A stretch of DNA of 64,000 bases from Promethearchaeota archaeon (lineage in GTDB: Archaea > Asgardarchaeota > Lokiarchaeia > Sigyniarchaeales > SOKP01), in NCBI GenBank assembly GCA_048938855.1, contig JBHLLT010000001.1:256124-320123 (forward strand), written 5' to 3'. Made by a program: the position numbers and the translations under genes. Shown in pieces: positions 1-9,940 of this stretch. How positions within the stretch are numbered: the stretch's first letter is position 1; every line of letters begins with the position of its first letter. Below the pieces are notes generated by a model that was not told the DNA's origin, ran no database searches, and saw only the letters and a program-made list of their open reading frames with translations.

Positions 1-2825
1 TTGAATTTAAAAACCTTACCAGGTTTTAAATCGTTAATTTGAAGGTATTTTGGAAAGCTCTCTTTTCTCTGAAAATTGAGATAAGATGGAGTTTTTAAAG
101 ATATTTGTAAATCCTTAAAATCATAATTCGAAGGATTAGTTAATTTGAAGTTTAAATAAATTTCATTACCAATAGTTTTGATATTTTTAAAGAAAAGAAG
201 ATCTCTTGAATCAGGTATTTCAGATTCAATTTTCTGGAAATATAATTTTTCATTTATTATTTTAGCATCTAATTTATTTTTACTAATGAATTTAAGAACT
301 ATCTCTTTCAACCTTTCGATATCTATTTTAATGTAATTAGAGAGTAGATCAAGTCTGATAGGGTTAATCATTTTAAGATAATACTTTATCTGGTTAAGAT
401 ACACCTTATTATTAGATCTTCTCACAAAATTTTTTGACTTATTTATCAATAATTCTTTCGAGGCATTAATTTTATTGAGATAAGGTCTTACATACAAGTT
501 AAAAACATTATTGTCTTCAAAGATATTTTCTCTTCCTAAAACTGCTTCAATTTGTTTTTCGGTATCTTCAATATAATTCTGAATTTGGGTTGTATTCATT
601 TCTATTAATCGCTTTGCATCTGTGAATTCATTTTTTTTTATTAGAATTTCAAGTTTATTAGTAAGTTTATCGAAATCCTCATTGAATGCTTTCATACCTT
701 CAATCCTTTCTGTAATAATTGATTGTATATGACCTTGAAGTAGTTGGAAATTTAATTCATCATTAATTCCATTTATTTCTGTACTTCTTTCATTTTCAGT
801 TTTCACTCCTGGTTGAGTTAAGAAATTGATAAGCTTATCTTTCATTGATTTTATTTTAAGATCAAGATCATTTAGATATTCTTGGATATCAATTTTTGTT
901 GCAACCCATTTTTGTAGAAGACTCTTGAAAATTTCATTAAATTCAACATTATGTATTAGTAATTCTCTAATGTCTCCATCAAGTTTAAAAAGTTTATTTC
1001 TAATTTGCGTAATTAAACCAAGTTTATCGTCTTGGCTATGGATACTTTGACCATTGTAAATTTCTTCATTGAATTCGATTTCAAATTTCTTTTCTTTTAT
1101 ATAATCAAATTCTGCTTTCAAAACATCAATTCGATTAAGAAAAATTTTTATCTTTTCTTTCAGATCATTCTCAAATTCAGATTTTTTCTCTTCACATATA
1201 TCTGATATGAATCCTTTAATAATGCTTAATTCCTCAATAATTTGGACCCTCGTTTCTTCCCATTCTTCAATTAATTCGAAAGCTAACCTTCTATAATCAA
1301 ACTTTTTTATTAGACTATCAAACTTCTTAATTTTTTTGAGAATTTTACGGTATTTTCGGTTTACTTGAATTTCTGTATCGTTAAACTTGAAGTTTTGAAT
1401 ATAAGAATTTAATTTTTCTCTAAATTGAGCTGGGATTTTTTGGAATTCAGCAATTTGTTTTTCAAATATGGATAATTCATTATTAATTCTATCAATTGTT
1501 TCATCGATATTAGGGAATTTTGACTTAATATTTTTTAAAGTGTAAATTATTTCATCTTTAACTTCTGGATCCTTTTCAATGCTTAAAGCATTATTCAATT
1601 CTATAGTTATCCACACTGCTATCTTTTTACTCTCTAAAATAAAGCATAAATTTTGAAGTAAGATTATTGTTTTCTTTCTTTCTCGCCAAAATCGTGATTC
1701 CAACTGATATATAATTTTGGTAATCTCATTTTCTATTTCGATTTGATATTCTTCAAATAACCGTTTAAATACTAATACAATACCTTCTCGAATATTTTCA
1801 GATGGATTTTCTAATTCCTCAAATAAATAAGGAAAAATTTCATTGACATTATCTCGGCATAAATGAAAAATTGCATTTATCAAAGAATTACGATAATTAG
1901 AATCACTAGCATCTAAAAGGGAATGTAATAAATTTGCCCAAATTTGATCAAAATTATTTTCAGCAATATTCACAAGGGCTTCAATAATTTTAGATTGAAT
2001 TCTATAATCTTGTTCCTTTAAGATGGTTATTAATTTAGGAATTATTGATATTATCTCTGATGATTTTTCTTTACCTATCTCTCCAAAAAGCCAAATTATG
2101 AGCTCTTTTACCCTATTCTCCTCATTGTAGAGAAGGTTTAATAAAATATAAAATAGTTTCTCTTTTGTTAAGAAGTAAGTCCCATGAATTTTCAAAAGTT
2201 CTGCTGCTGCTCTAGCAACATCATCGTCTTCATCTCGTAGATTAATTATGACCATTGATAATAGAGGTTCTAAATTTCGAATTTTTGTATAATCCTGATT
2301 TAATACTTTTTGTATTGTTTTGATTACATTTAATTTTACTTTCCAGTCATTATCCAGAAGTTTTTCTGTATATTCTTCAATGATTTCCTGTAATTCCTGT
2401 TTTTCGATATATAAAGATAAAATTAGATTTCCAATAATTTTTACAGTTAATCTCCTTACAGAAGAATCTTGATCATATAAGCGTTTTCTGATTTTTTCAA
2501 GTAGCTCAATCAAAAGATTGGGTCTAAATAAACTTATTTGATATGAAATTTCTAATGAAACTAATCTAATCCAGGAATCAACATCATTAATAAACTGATT
2601 TATAGTTTTAATCGTTCTCATTGAAATTGAAGGTGATTTGTCACAAATTAAATTTAATAAGCTAAGAGCACGATAAATCAATTCCTTATCAGATTGATTT
2701 TCGTAATTTTCTATAATTCCAAATAACTCTTCAGCTGCTTTTTCATTATATCCATTAACAATTAGACTTTCTATTCTTTCAGTATCTAAAGATTCTTCAG
2801 AGTCTAAGGGTTCTTGAGTTGTCAA
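1..2825 (-). CDS. Large HEAT-repeat protein (N-terminal HEAT solenoid, helical/coiled-coil middle, PCI-like winged helix, Ig-like beta domain); 3' end runs off the window
   Basis: Not in the ORF track. I translated both ends by hand and they are in the same frame; the middle was not checked codon by codon. TTG at 2825 gives (M)TTQEPLDSEES...FINDVDSWIRLVSLEI...RLYDQDSSVRRLTVKIIG (HEAT-like D..VR repeats). Near the window start it reads IRLDLLSNYIKIDIERLKEIVLKFISKNKLDAKIINEKLYF, then IYLNFKLTNPSNYDFKDLQISL...INDLKPGKVFKF. Confidence 0.8.
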   Translation of the reverse strand, partial: MTTQEPLDSEESLDTERIESLIVNGYNEKAAEELFGIIENYENQSDKELIYRALSLLNLICDKSPSISMRTIKTINQFINDVDSWIRLVSLEISYQISLFRPNLLIELLEKIRKRLYDQDSSVRRLTVKIIGNLILSLYIEKQELQEIIEEYTEKLLDNDWKVKLNVIKTIQKVLNQDYTKIRNLEPLLSMVIINLRDEDDDVARAAAELLKIHGTYFLTKEKLFYILLNLLYNEENRVKELIIWLFGEIGKEKSSEIISIIPKLITILKEQDYRIQSKIIEALVNIAENNFDQIWANLLHSLLDASDSNYRNSLINAIFHLCRDNVNEIFPYLFEELENPSENIREGIVLVFKRLFEEYQIEIENEITKIIYQLESRFWRERKKTIILLQNLCFILESKKIAVWITIELNNALSIEKDPEVKDEIIYTLKNIKSKFPNIDETIDRINNELSIFEKQIAEFQKIPAQFREKLNSYIQNFKFNDTEIQVNRKYRKILKKIKKFDSLIKKFDYRRLAFELIEEWEETRVQIIEELSIIKGFISDICEEKKSEFENDLKEKIKIFLNRIDVLKAEFDYIKEKKFEIEFNEEIYNGQSIHSQDDKLGLITQIRNKLFKLDGDIRELLIHNVEFNEIFKSLLQKWVATKIDIQEYLNDLDLKIKSMKDKLINFLTQPGVKTENERSTEINGINDELNFQLLQGHIQSIITERIEGMKAFNEDFDKLTNKLEILIKKNEFTDAKRLIEMNTTQIQNYIEDTEKQIEAVLGRENIFEDNNVFNLYVRPYLNKINASKELLINKSKNFVRRSNNKVYLNQIKYYLKMINPIRLDLLSNYIKIDIERLKEIVLKFISKNKLDAKIINEKLYFQKIESEIPDSRDLLFFKNIKTIGNEIYLNFKLTNPSNYDFKDLQISLKTPSYLNFQRKESFPKYLQINDLKPGKVFKF

Positions 2826-3035
2826 TGCGGTAGATAAAAATTTTATTTTAAAATTTACTTCAAATATCTCTTCTATCAAAGTAGTATAAATATGTATATT
2901 TATATTAGATACTTCAATAGAACTATATACTCCTACCGTAGTTCAATGGATAAATCTATAAATTAATTTTTTGACTAAATCTCACAATTAACACAATTTC
3001 ATTATTAATATCAAAGTTGAGTAAATTTTCTAAAC

Positions 3036-4004
3036 GTGAGAAATATGCTTGAAAACCTATTTACAGAATTTTGTGATAATGTTTATAAAATCTCTGAAGT
3101 TTATCGTTTCGAAGGAAGATTTAATGAGGCAATGTTATTCTTCGAATCTATAAAGCCAATATTAGACTTTGATAATTTAAGAAATGAGGATAAAGCTCGA
3201 ATTCTAATACAATTTGCTAAAATTAGAATGGATCATAAGTTTCTAAAGGATTTTGATTATAGTGAGGAAATGAAGATGCTTCAAGATGCTCAGAAATTAG
3301 CTGAGTCATCAAATGCAAAAAGTGTCCAGGCAGATGCTCTTGATCTTTATGGAAATTGTATTTATCGTACAAGAATTCTAGAAGGAGATTTTGAGGAAGC
3401 ATTGAAATATTACGATGAAGCTCTATCTATACGGACTCAGATACAGGATAAATTGGGAATTACTTGGTCTTATTTTCATTTAGGTATTTATCATGAAAAC
3501 AAAAAAGATCCCGATGAAAAAGATCATCAAACTTCATTTGAATATTTTGAAAAAGGTTTAAAAATTGCATTGGAGGAAGATTTTAAACTTGAACAATCAT
3601 ATCTTTATCGACATCTAGCAGGTCACTATGCATATAACAGGGATGACCTAAATAAAGGTCTCGAATATTTTAAAAAATCAGCAGAACTAAGAGAAGAAAT
3701 CGGCTTTATTTTTTCATTACAATTTGCTTATTTTGCTATAGGTTTTATTTATTTCATGAAAAAAGATTTAGTAAATGCTTTAGAGTATTTTAAGCAAACT
3801 TTTGTTGCCGCTGAAAAGGTGGAACGCATAAAACCCTTAATGGTTCTCATACATAGACGTGGTAATGAAATTGTAGAAGAGATAGGCGTAGATGCAGCTA
3901 TTAATTACTATAGACTTATGATTAATGCTGCTAAACCAATTACCCAAGTAGACGGAATTGAAGAACTTGAAATTAAAATAAAAAGATTATCAAAAAAAGA
4001 ATAA
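3036..4004 (+). CDS. Tetratricopeptide-repeat protein
   Basis: Repeated TPR-like units, e.g. GDFEEALKYYDEALSIR and GLEYFKKSAELREEIG. Confidence 0.85.
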   Translation: MRNMLENLFTEFCDNVYKISEVYRFEGRFNEAMLFFESIKPILDFDNLRNEDKARILIQFAKIRMDHKFLKDFDYSEEMKMLQDAQKLAESSNAKSVQADALDLYGNCIYRTRILEGDFEEALKYYDEALSIRTQIQDKLGITWSYFHLGIYHENKKDPDEKDHQTSFEYFEKGLKIALEEDFKLEQSYLYRHLAGHYAYNRDDLNKGLEYFKKSAELREEIGFIFSLQFAYFAIGFIYFMKKDLVNALEYFKQTFVAAEKVERIKPLMVLIHRRGNEIVEEIGVDAAINYYRLMINAAKPITQVDGIEELEIKIKRLSKKE

Positions 4005-4026
4005 GAAATTAAAAATTGTTTATTAT

Positions 4027-4575
4027 TTATTCAAATAGCTCAATAATAGCTTCCCCAGGGGTTGCTATTCTTTCTCTGTACGTGAGAATTCCTTCTGGAA
4101 CTTCTTTAGTCTTTACTAAACCACGTTTAATATCTTGCTCAGAGATGTACCCTCTTTCACCAGCCTCAAATTGCTTCACAATATTACCATCCTTATCTTT
4201 TATATCAACATTAGTTATGGTTGTTTGTACTACATCAAAATAAACTCTATTGCCTTCTATTTTATTAACTTTTGCTTCAGTAAGTAGAAGGTCTCCGCAT
4301 CTTACCATTCCACGCATCTGGACACCAATATCGATAAGGTTTCCATATTTTCCATGTTCGAGAAAATCTTCAAACAGTTTTGAGATAAAACCAAAACTAA
4401 GTAATCCATGCCCAATAACACCTTTAAGTCCTGCTCTTTCAGCTACGATATCATTAGTATGAATAGGGTTAGTATCTCCCGAAGCTTTGGCGTATTGTTT
4501 TAATAAATCTCTTGTGATTCCATCAAATTCAGTTTTCAAAACTTGTCCAACTTTTAAATCTGAAATTTTGACCAT
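4027..4575 (-). CDS. MaoC-family (R)-specific enoyl-CoA hydratase/dehydratase, catalytic subunit
   Basis: Hydratase-2 motif YAKASGDTNPIH and IGHGLL. Start moved to ATG 4575 (MVKISD), which has an AAGGAGG RBS upstream and avoids overlap with the upstream gene. Confidence 0.85.
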   Translation of the reverse strand: MVKISDLKVGQVLKTEFDGITRDLLKQYAKASGDTNPIHTNDIVAERAGLKGVIGHGLLSFGFISKLFEDFLEHGKYGNLIDIGVQMRGMVRCGDLLLTEAKVNKIEGNRVYFDVVQTTITNVDIKDKDGNIVKQFEAGERGYISEQDIKRGLVKTKEVPEGILTYRERIATPGEAIIELFE

Positions 4576-4576
4576 T

Positions 4577-5077
4577 TTAATAACCTCCTTTACGAAAACC
4601 AGCGGAAATTGTGATATTACAAACTGGTTCGTTATTTTGATTTTTAACATTTACTAAAAAGTCAGTAATGAACAGCATGTTTTTTTCTATTAATCTAGCA
4701 TCAATACATTTTCCCGTTACTGTTAATTTATCTCCTGGTTTTACATCAACACACCCTTCCCAATTATATCGATTTCCTGCATGTATTAATTTTCCTAAAT
4801 CAATTGCAAGCCCTCGTTCTTTTCCATCTTGATTTAATTTAAACCCTAAAAGTAGCTTATAGATAGCTTTTATTGTATAGAAATTGGCAAATGCATGACA
4901 AGCAACGACACCCTCTTCCTCTGAGCCTATATATTTTGGGTCGGTTATACCGTAAACTTTAGCAAAATTAACCATGTTTTTATATCTAATATTTACAGTC
5001 GTAGAGCCAGGAATATCCATCCCTTTTATATTATCAATTAAAAATTGAGCATTTTTTTTCATTTTTTCAATATCCAT
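4577..5077 (-). CDS. MaoC/FAS1-like hotdog-fold dehydratase partner subunit
   Basis: FAKVYGITDPKY...LIHAGNRYNW...VKPGDKLTV matches the N-terminal-type hotdog half. Adjacent to the MaoC gene (HadA/HadB-like pair). Confidence 0.7.
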   Translation of the reverse strand: MDIEKMKKNAQFLIDNIKGMDIPGSTTVNIRYKNMVNFAKVYGITDPKYIGSEEEGVVACHAFANFYTIKAIYKLLLGFKLNQDGKERGLAIDLGKLIHAGNRYNWEGCVDVKPGDKLTVTGKCIDARLIEKNMLFITDFLVNVKNQNNEPVCNITISAGFRKGGY

Positions 5078-5217
5078 GTTGATTTCACTCTTGATTTTAT
5101 TGACTTTAATTATGATATTAATTATAATTTAAGTTCAATTTAATTAAAACTTTAATTTTAGTCGTAAAATTTAACAAAAATATCATTAAGGAGTAGTTAA
5201 TTTGCTTGAATTATCTA

Positions 5218-5940
5218 CTATATAATTTTAGTGTAAATTTTATCTTCTGGTTTAGTTGATTTAAAGTAATTTGAGATTCTTAAGGTGTTTTTAGTTCCGT
5301 TTAAAATAATACAAGATATCTTATTTTTATCTATTAGAGTTGTGGTATAAAGATCAATTGGAGTGGTTTTTTCTTTTAATAACTCACTTTCAGATATTGG
5401 CTCAGTACTTTTCTGTAATTTTACAATATCTTTTAATTTTGAAATAGGAATCTCTTGTATAACCTTATTTTCGTTATTTAAAATCCCATCGACATCCTTA
5501 ATTAAGAAACATTCATTTAATTCAAGTTCTTTTGCGATAAATAATGATATAGAATCAGAGCTAACATTCCAACTGTGGGGTAACTTATCATTTTCTTTTA
5601 AAAATTCATATGGCAAAAATATACAAAATATTTTTTTTATTTCTTTTAATTCTTTAAAATCTTCAATAACTGACAAGTTGGGAAATTTTTTATTTAACTC
5701 TAATCCATTATAATTCATAGAAATAATCCCCATCCAATGAGCAATTTCTTCAGTAAACTTCAATTCACTATATATTTTGCGAATGAAGTTTGCAAATGAG
5801 CCACCCCCAGGAATTAAGATTATTTTATCAAATACATTATCATCATACAATTGATTCAATTGAGAAATTGTAGAGTTTAAATCTTCAAAATTGTCTAAGA
5901 TTTTCCCTCCAACTTTAAAAACAGCTATTTTTTTATTCAT
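5218..5940 (-). CDS. mfnE: Amino-acid-kinase family protein, MfnE-like (5-aminomethyl-3-furanmethanol phosphate kinase)
   Basis: KVGG, IPGGGSFANFIR, AHWMGI, LPHSWNVSSDSI, KDVDGI. Overlaps the mfnF-like gene by 4 nt. Confidence 0.75.
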   Translation of the reverse strand: MNKKIAVFKVGGKILDNFEDLNSTISQLNQLYDDNVFDKIILIPGGGSFANFIRKIYSELKFTEEIAHWMGIISMNYNGLELNKKFPNLSVIEDFKELKEIKKIFCIFLPYEFLKENDKLPHSWNVSSDSISLFIAKELELNECFLIKDVDGILNNENKVIQEIPISKLKDIVKLQKSTEPISESELLKEKTTPIDLYTTTLIDKNKISCIILNGTKNTLRISNYFKSTKPEDKIYTKII

Positions 5941-7031
5941 TTTCCTATATTTAAATTATTTAATTCATTATATAATGCCCCTGCAACAGCAAAAGCAGAT
6001 GAGCTAATCTTGTCTGGTATATTAGTTAATTCTTCAAATTTAATAATATTAGTATATCCTAAATCTATTAATGGTTTTTTTACTAGAAAATCAGCTGATA
6101 AGCCAGTTACTACAAATTGGGGGTTATCAACAAATACCTTAAATCTTATTGTTAAATCATCCATAAATGCTCTAATTTCTTGTATAACTATACTCACTTG
6201 TTTCAGGTAAATGAATTTGGCGATAGTGTCTAAATCTTCTTTTAAAACAGTTTCAACATCAGTGCAAATTATTCTTGAAAGTCGAGCATAACAGTTTTCT
6301 ATGGATTTAGAACGTTTATCAGCAGTATCATTAATATATTCTGCCTTTGTAATATTGTTCAAGATCCTATGCACATCAGAAATTAATGCAAATTTTTCAA
6401 ACGAAATACGTACTTTCTTTCCTTTATACGGAACATGATGAGTAATAGAAGGAATCGTTGCTCTCAAGCCACCAGTATAAATTAGTTCATGATTAATTAA
6501 ACGAGAAATATCATCCTTTCCTTGTGGTACTGGAACTGAGTTTAAAATAGGAATAATATCTATTGTAGTTGATCCAGCATCAATTAAAATGCAATTTGAT
6601 ATAAATACTCCCAAAAACAAGGCAGTTGAAGCCCAGTTAGCTCCAGCAATTAATTGGTAATTAGATTTAGCCTTTTCGTAATTAAAGAATTGACAAGTAT
6701 TTGTAATGAATCTTAATTTCTTTTTATTAAGAATCTTTTGGATTGCTTCTAAAATTAATAATATGCCCTCTCTTTTAGTTTCGAATGCATCAGAAAGTTC
6801 TGCTGTAATGGTAACAGCGACATTATCAACCATTTCAAGGTTAAAATTAGTTGATTCGAACAACTTATCAATAACTCTTAACAGCATCACTGGGATATCT
6901 TTTATAGTCTTTTCCCAGAAAGGAAAATGTTCAATATAAGAATAAGATTCTTCAATTTTGTCCTCTTTATAATACAATAGAGCCGCTTTTGTATTTGCCC
7001 CTCCTATATCTAAGCCCAATATGATTGTCAT
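5937..7031 (-). CDS. mfnF: Hydantoinase/oxoprolinase-family protein, MfnF-like (methanofuran biosynthesis)
   Basis: GLDIGGANTK, TAELSDAF, ANWAS, DAGSTTIDIIP, ELIYTG, TADKRSKS..CYARLSRIICTD. Confidence 0.8.
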   Translation of the reverse strand: MTIILGLDIGGANTKAALLYYKEDKIEESYSYIEHFPFWEKTIKDIPVMLLRVIDKLFESTNFNLEMVDNVAVTITAELSDAFETKREGILLILEAIQKILNKKKLRFITNTCQFFNYEKAKSNYQLIAGANWASTALFLGVFISNCILIDAGSTTIDIIPILNSVPVPQGKDDISRLINHELIYTGGLRATIPSITHHVPYKGKKVRISFEKFALISDVHRILNNITKAEYINDTADKRSKSIENCYARLSRIICTDVETVLKEDLDTIAKFIYLKQVSIVIQEIRAFMDDLTIRFKVFVDNPQFVVTGLSADFLVKKPLIDLGYTNIIKFEELTNIPDKISSSAFAVAGALYNELNNLNIGK

Positions 7032-8071
7032 TCATTACCTCTGAATTTTTCTTTTAGTACCCTTATTATCGTATCAAGATTCTCTCCTGTAAGAGCGTTA
7101 GTTAAGTAGACATCTTTTTGATCAAGGTTTAGTTGATTTATTAAATTCTGGATTTCTGAATCTTTTGCTAAATCCATTTTATTAAATATAACTATAATTT
7201 CTATCTGCCGTTCTTTTGAAAAATTAAGTCTGATTTCGTTGTATAAATCAATTTGAGATTCAATATCATAACCACAAGCAGGGGTTGGGTCAAAAATAAA
7301 TAGAATTAAATCAGAAATTAATCTCAAAGCCAAAATTGCCTGCAATTCAATCTGATTTCTTTTCACCATTGGACGATCCAAAATCCCAGGAGTATCTAAA
7401 CATTGAATTTTGATTTTATCAAATCTTCTCTCGATTTCTAAATGCCCCATAATTAATTTTTTCGTAGTAAAGGGATATTCTTTAACTTCTATTTTTTTAT
7501 TTGTAGAAATGTTTTTCACTATACTGCTTTTACCTACATTTGGATATCCCGCAACCACAACGCAAGGCATGGTATAATCAATAGAGGGTATTTCTCTCAA
7601 ACGACCTCTTATTTTATTTAAATATTCAAGGTTTTCATTTTGCTTGTTTATGATTGACGAGATCCTTCCAAAAGCTGCTCTTCTTAGTTGATCACCCTCT
7701 TTTGGTGCTTCAATTCTATCCAATTTTTTAATATACTCATGCTCTATCTTTCTAAGAACTGGTAAAATTCCATTAATTTTTCCGAGAGTAAGTTTTAACT
7801 CATCAATATCAACCAATATAGATGCTAGCTCTCTGTAAAAATCAGGGAGATCATCAATAATTGGGACCATTCGTATTACTGTTTGAATTCTCTCTATAAG
7901 TTCTTCAATAGCAACTTTAATCCTTTTAGATTCTTTCTTTTTTGCCTTAATTAATATTGGCGCATTTTGAGATACTTGAGCTGAACTCTTCATACCTCTT
8001 TTGAAAGCTATATCTAAAAATTCTTTTGAATTTGGAACATGATAGAATTCATTAAAAGGATTTTTCATCAA
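7028..8071 (-). CDS. NOG1-family GTPase (ribosome biogenesis)
   Basis: GYPNVGKSS, YPFTTK, DTPGILDRP, NKMD, plus an N-terminal helical NOG1 domain (FYRELA). Confidence 0.93.
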   Translation of the reverse strand: MMKNPFNEFYHVPNSKEFLDIAFKRGMKSSAQVSQNAPILIKAKKKESKRIKVAIEELIERIQTVIRMVPIIDDLPDFYRELASILVDIDELKLTLGKINGILPVLRKIEHEYIKKLDRIEAPKEGDQLRRAAFGRISSIINKQNENLEYLNKIRGRLREIPSIDYTMPCVVVAGYPNVGKSSIVKNISTNKKIEVKEYPFTTKKLIMGHLEIERRFDKIKIQCLDTPGILDRPMVKRNQIELQAILALRLISDLILFIFDPTPACGYDIESQIDLYNEIRLNFSKERQIEIIVIFNKMDLAKDSEIQNLINQLNLDQKDVYLTNALTGENLDTIIRVLKEKFRGNE

Positions 8072-8107
8072 AACTCATTTTTTTTACTGTTATTAGGAAA
8101 GAATAAA

Positions 8108-8638
8108 CTATATTTTATCTCGAATTGTTGTTATTTTCTTCTCAAGTTCAGATATTTCTTTTGAATGATTTACAATCTCTTTAGGTATTGATTTATATAA
8201 TTCTAAAAGATATTCATATCTTCCTAAAACTCTTAAATATTTTCCTAATTTTTCTTCTTTTTCAGCTTTAAATAGAAGTAGATTAATCTTTTCAATTTTT
8301 TGTTTCATATCTGGAGAAAGAAATTTTTGTTCTGCTATTTTCAAATCATTGGATGGTTTCTTTTCTTGTATAACCATTTCACTTCTCTTCTGGAAATTTT
8401 TTTCTGATTTAGTCTTTTCAAATGTATCTTGTTTTTCATATTTTACTAGATTTCTCAATTGGGTTATGCGTTTATCAAGCATTCCAATTTTACCATGATA
8501 TCCTAATTTTACATATATTTCTTTTGCTTTTTCTAATAAAGAAACTGCTACAACGTAATTTTTTGTATTAAACTCTTCTTTTGATCGACGTTCTAATGAT
8601 TCTGCATTTTTTTCAAGCTCGTCAAAAGGTCCAGGCAT
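8108..8638 (-). CDS. Hypothetical helical (TPR-like) protein
   Basis: Charged helical ORF with two TPR-like units. Probable start is ATG 8638 (MPGPF); the track uses 8650. Confidence 0.6.
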   Translation of the reverse strand: MPGPFDELEKNAESLERRSKEEFNTKNYVVAVSLLEKAKEIYVKLGYHGKIGMLDKRITQLRNLVKYEKQDTFEKTKSEKNFQKRSEMVIQEKKPSNDLKIAEQKFLSPDMKQKIEKINLLLFKAEKEEKLGKYLRVLGRYEYLLELYKSIPKEIVNHSKEISELEKKITTIRDKI

Positions 8639-8843
8639 TTCAACTATCACAAATTAATTTTTATATTAATAATATTGCTTATCAAATAAGTTCATGATTT
8701 CTACTTTTTTAAAGATATTAAGAAATAAAAATTTAACAAAATTAGTATTTTAGTTTAGTAAAAAATTTAAAACGATATTGATTATGATCTAAATTTAACA
8801 GATTCCAAAGATCGCATTAAGATTAGTATATATGGTTTAAATT

Positions 8844-9932
8844 ATGAAAAAGTATAATGTAAGCATTTTGGGTGCTACAGGAATGGTTGGGCAAAATTAT
8901 ATTAAATTATTACATAACCATCCATGGTTTAATATTGTAGATGTTGCAGCTTCTCCTAGATCTGCTGGAAAGCCTTACAAAGAAGCTGTAAACGCTAAAT
9001 GGCAAATGTCTATTTCAATTCCAGACAGTATTAAAAACCTAGTCATAAGAGATGTTCAAGACTTTAAAGATATTCCCAAAAATCTTGATATAATCTTCTC
9101 TGCTGTTAGTATGCCCCAAAAAGAGCAAATCAAAGAATTAGAGCTTAAATATGCAAACAGAGGTTTTCCAGTAATTAGCAATAATTCAGCTCATCGTTGG
9201 ACTCCTGATGTCCCAATGATAATTGCCGAAATTAACCATGAACATGTAAATATTATACCATTACAACAAAAAACTAGAGGGTTTACAAATGGTTTCATTG
9301 TCGTAAAACCTAATTGTTCACTACAAAGTTATCTTACTCCTATTTATGCTTTAGAGGAAGCAGGATTTAAAGTAGATAAATTAGTCATCACTACCTTGCA
9401 AGCAGTTTCAGGAGCGGGTTATACTGGTGTACCCTCTTTAGATATTATAGATAATATAGTTCCATATATAGAAGGAGAAGAAGAAAAAACAGAACAAGAA
9501 CCTCTAAAAATTCTGGGTAAAATTGGGAAAACGGGTATTGAAATTAGAAATGATATAAAAATTAGTGCAACTTGTACAAGAGTTCCAGTATCCGATGGTC
9601 ATACTGCAAGTGTAAATATGAAATTTAAAGAGGATGTGCCCACACGGAAAGAAATTATACAAATTTGGACCTCATTTAAATCAGTACCCCAAGAATTAGA
9701 ATTACCATTTGCTCCTAAAAAGCCAATATTATATTTAGAGAATATTGATAGGCCTCAACCTAAGAAAGATAGAGATAATGATAAAGGAATGACTGTAACT
9801 GTTGGAAGATTAAGAGAAGATAGTGTTTTTGATTACAAATTCGTTTCTTTAAGTCATAATACGGTAAGAGGAGCTGCTGGTGGAGCGATTTTAAATGCAG
9901 AATTATTAATCTCTAAAGGATTCGTAAAATAA
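8844..9932 (+). CDS. asd: Aspartate-semialdehyde dehydrogenase (archaeal/fungal type)
   Basis: GATGMVGQ, KPNCS, QAVSGAG, CTRVPVSDGH, SHNTVRGAAGG. Confidence 0.95.
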   Translation: MKKYNVSILGATGMVGQNYIKLLHNHPWFNIVDVAASPRSAGKPYKEAVNAKWQMSISIPDSIKNLVIRDVQDFKDIPKNLDIIFSAVSMPQKEQIKELELKYANRGFPVISNNSAHRWTPDVPMIIAEINHEHVNIIPLQQKTRGFTNGFIVVKPNCSLQSYLTPIYALEEAGFKVDKLVITTLQAVSGAGYTGVPSLDIIDNIVPYIEGEEEKTEQEPLKILGKIGKTGIEIRNDIKISATCTRVPVSDGHTASVNMKFKEDVPTRKEIIQIWTSFKSVPQELELPFAPKKPILYLENIDRPQPKKDRDNDKGMTVTVGRLREDSVFDYKFVSLSHNTVRGAAGGAILNAELLISKGFVK

Positions 9933-9940
9933 CCATTAGA

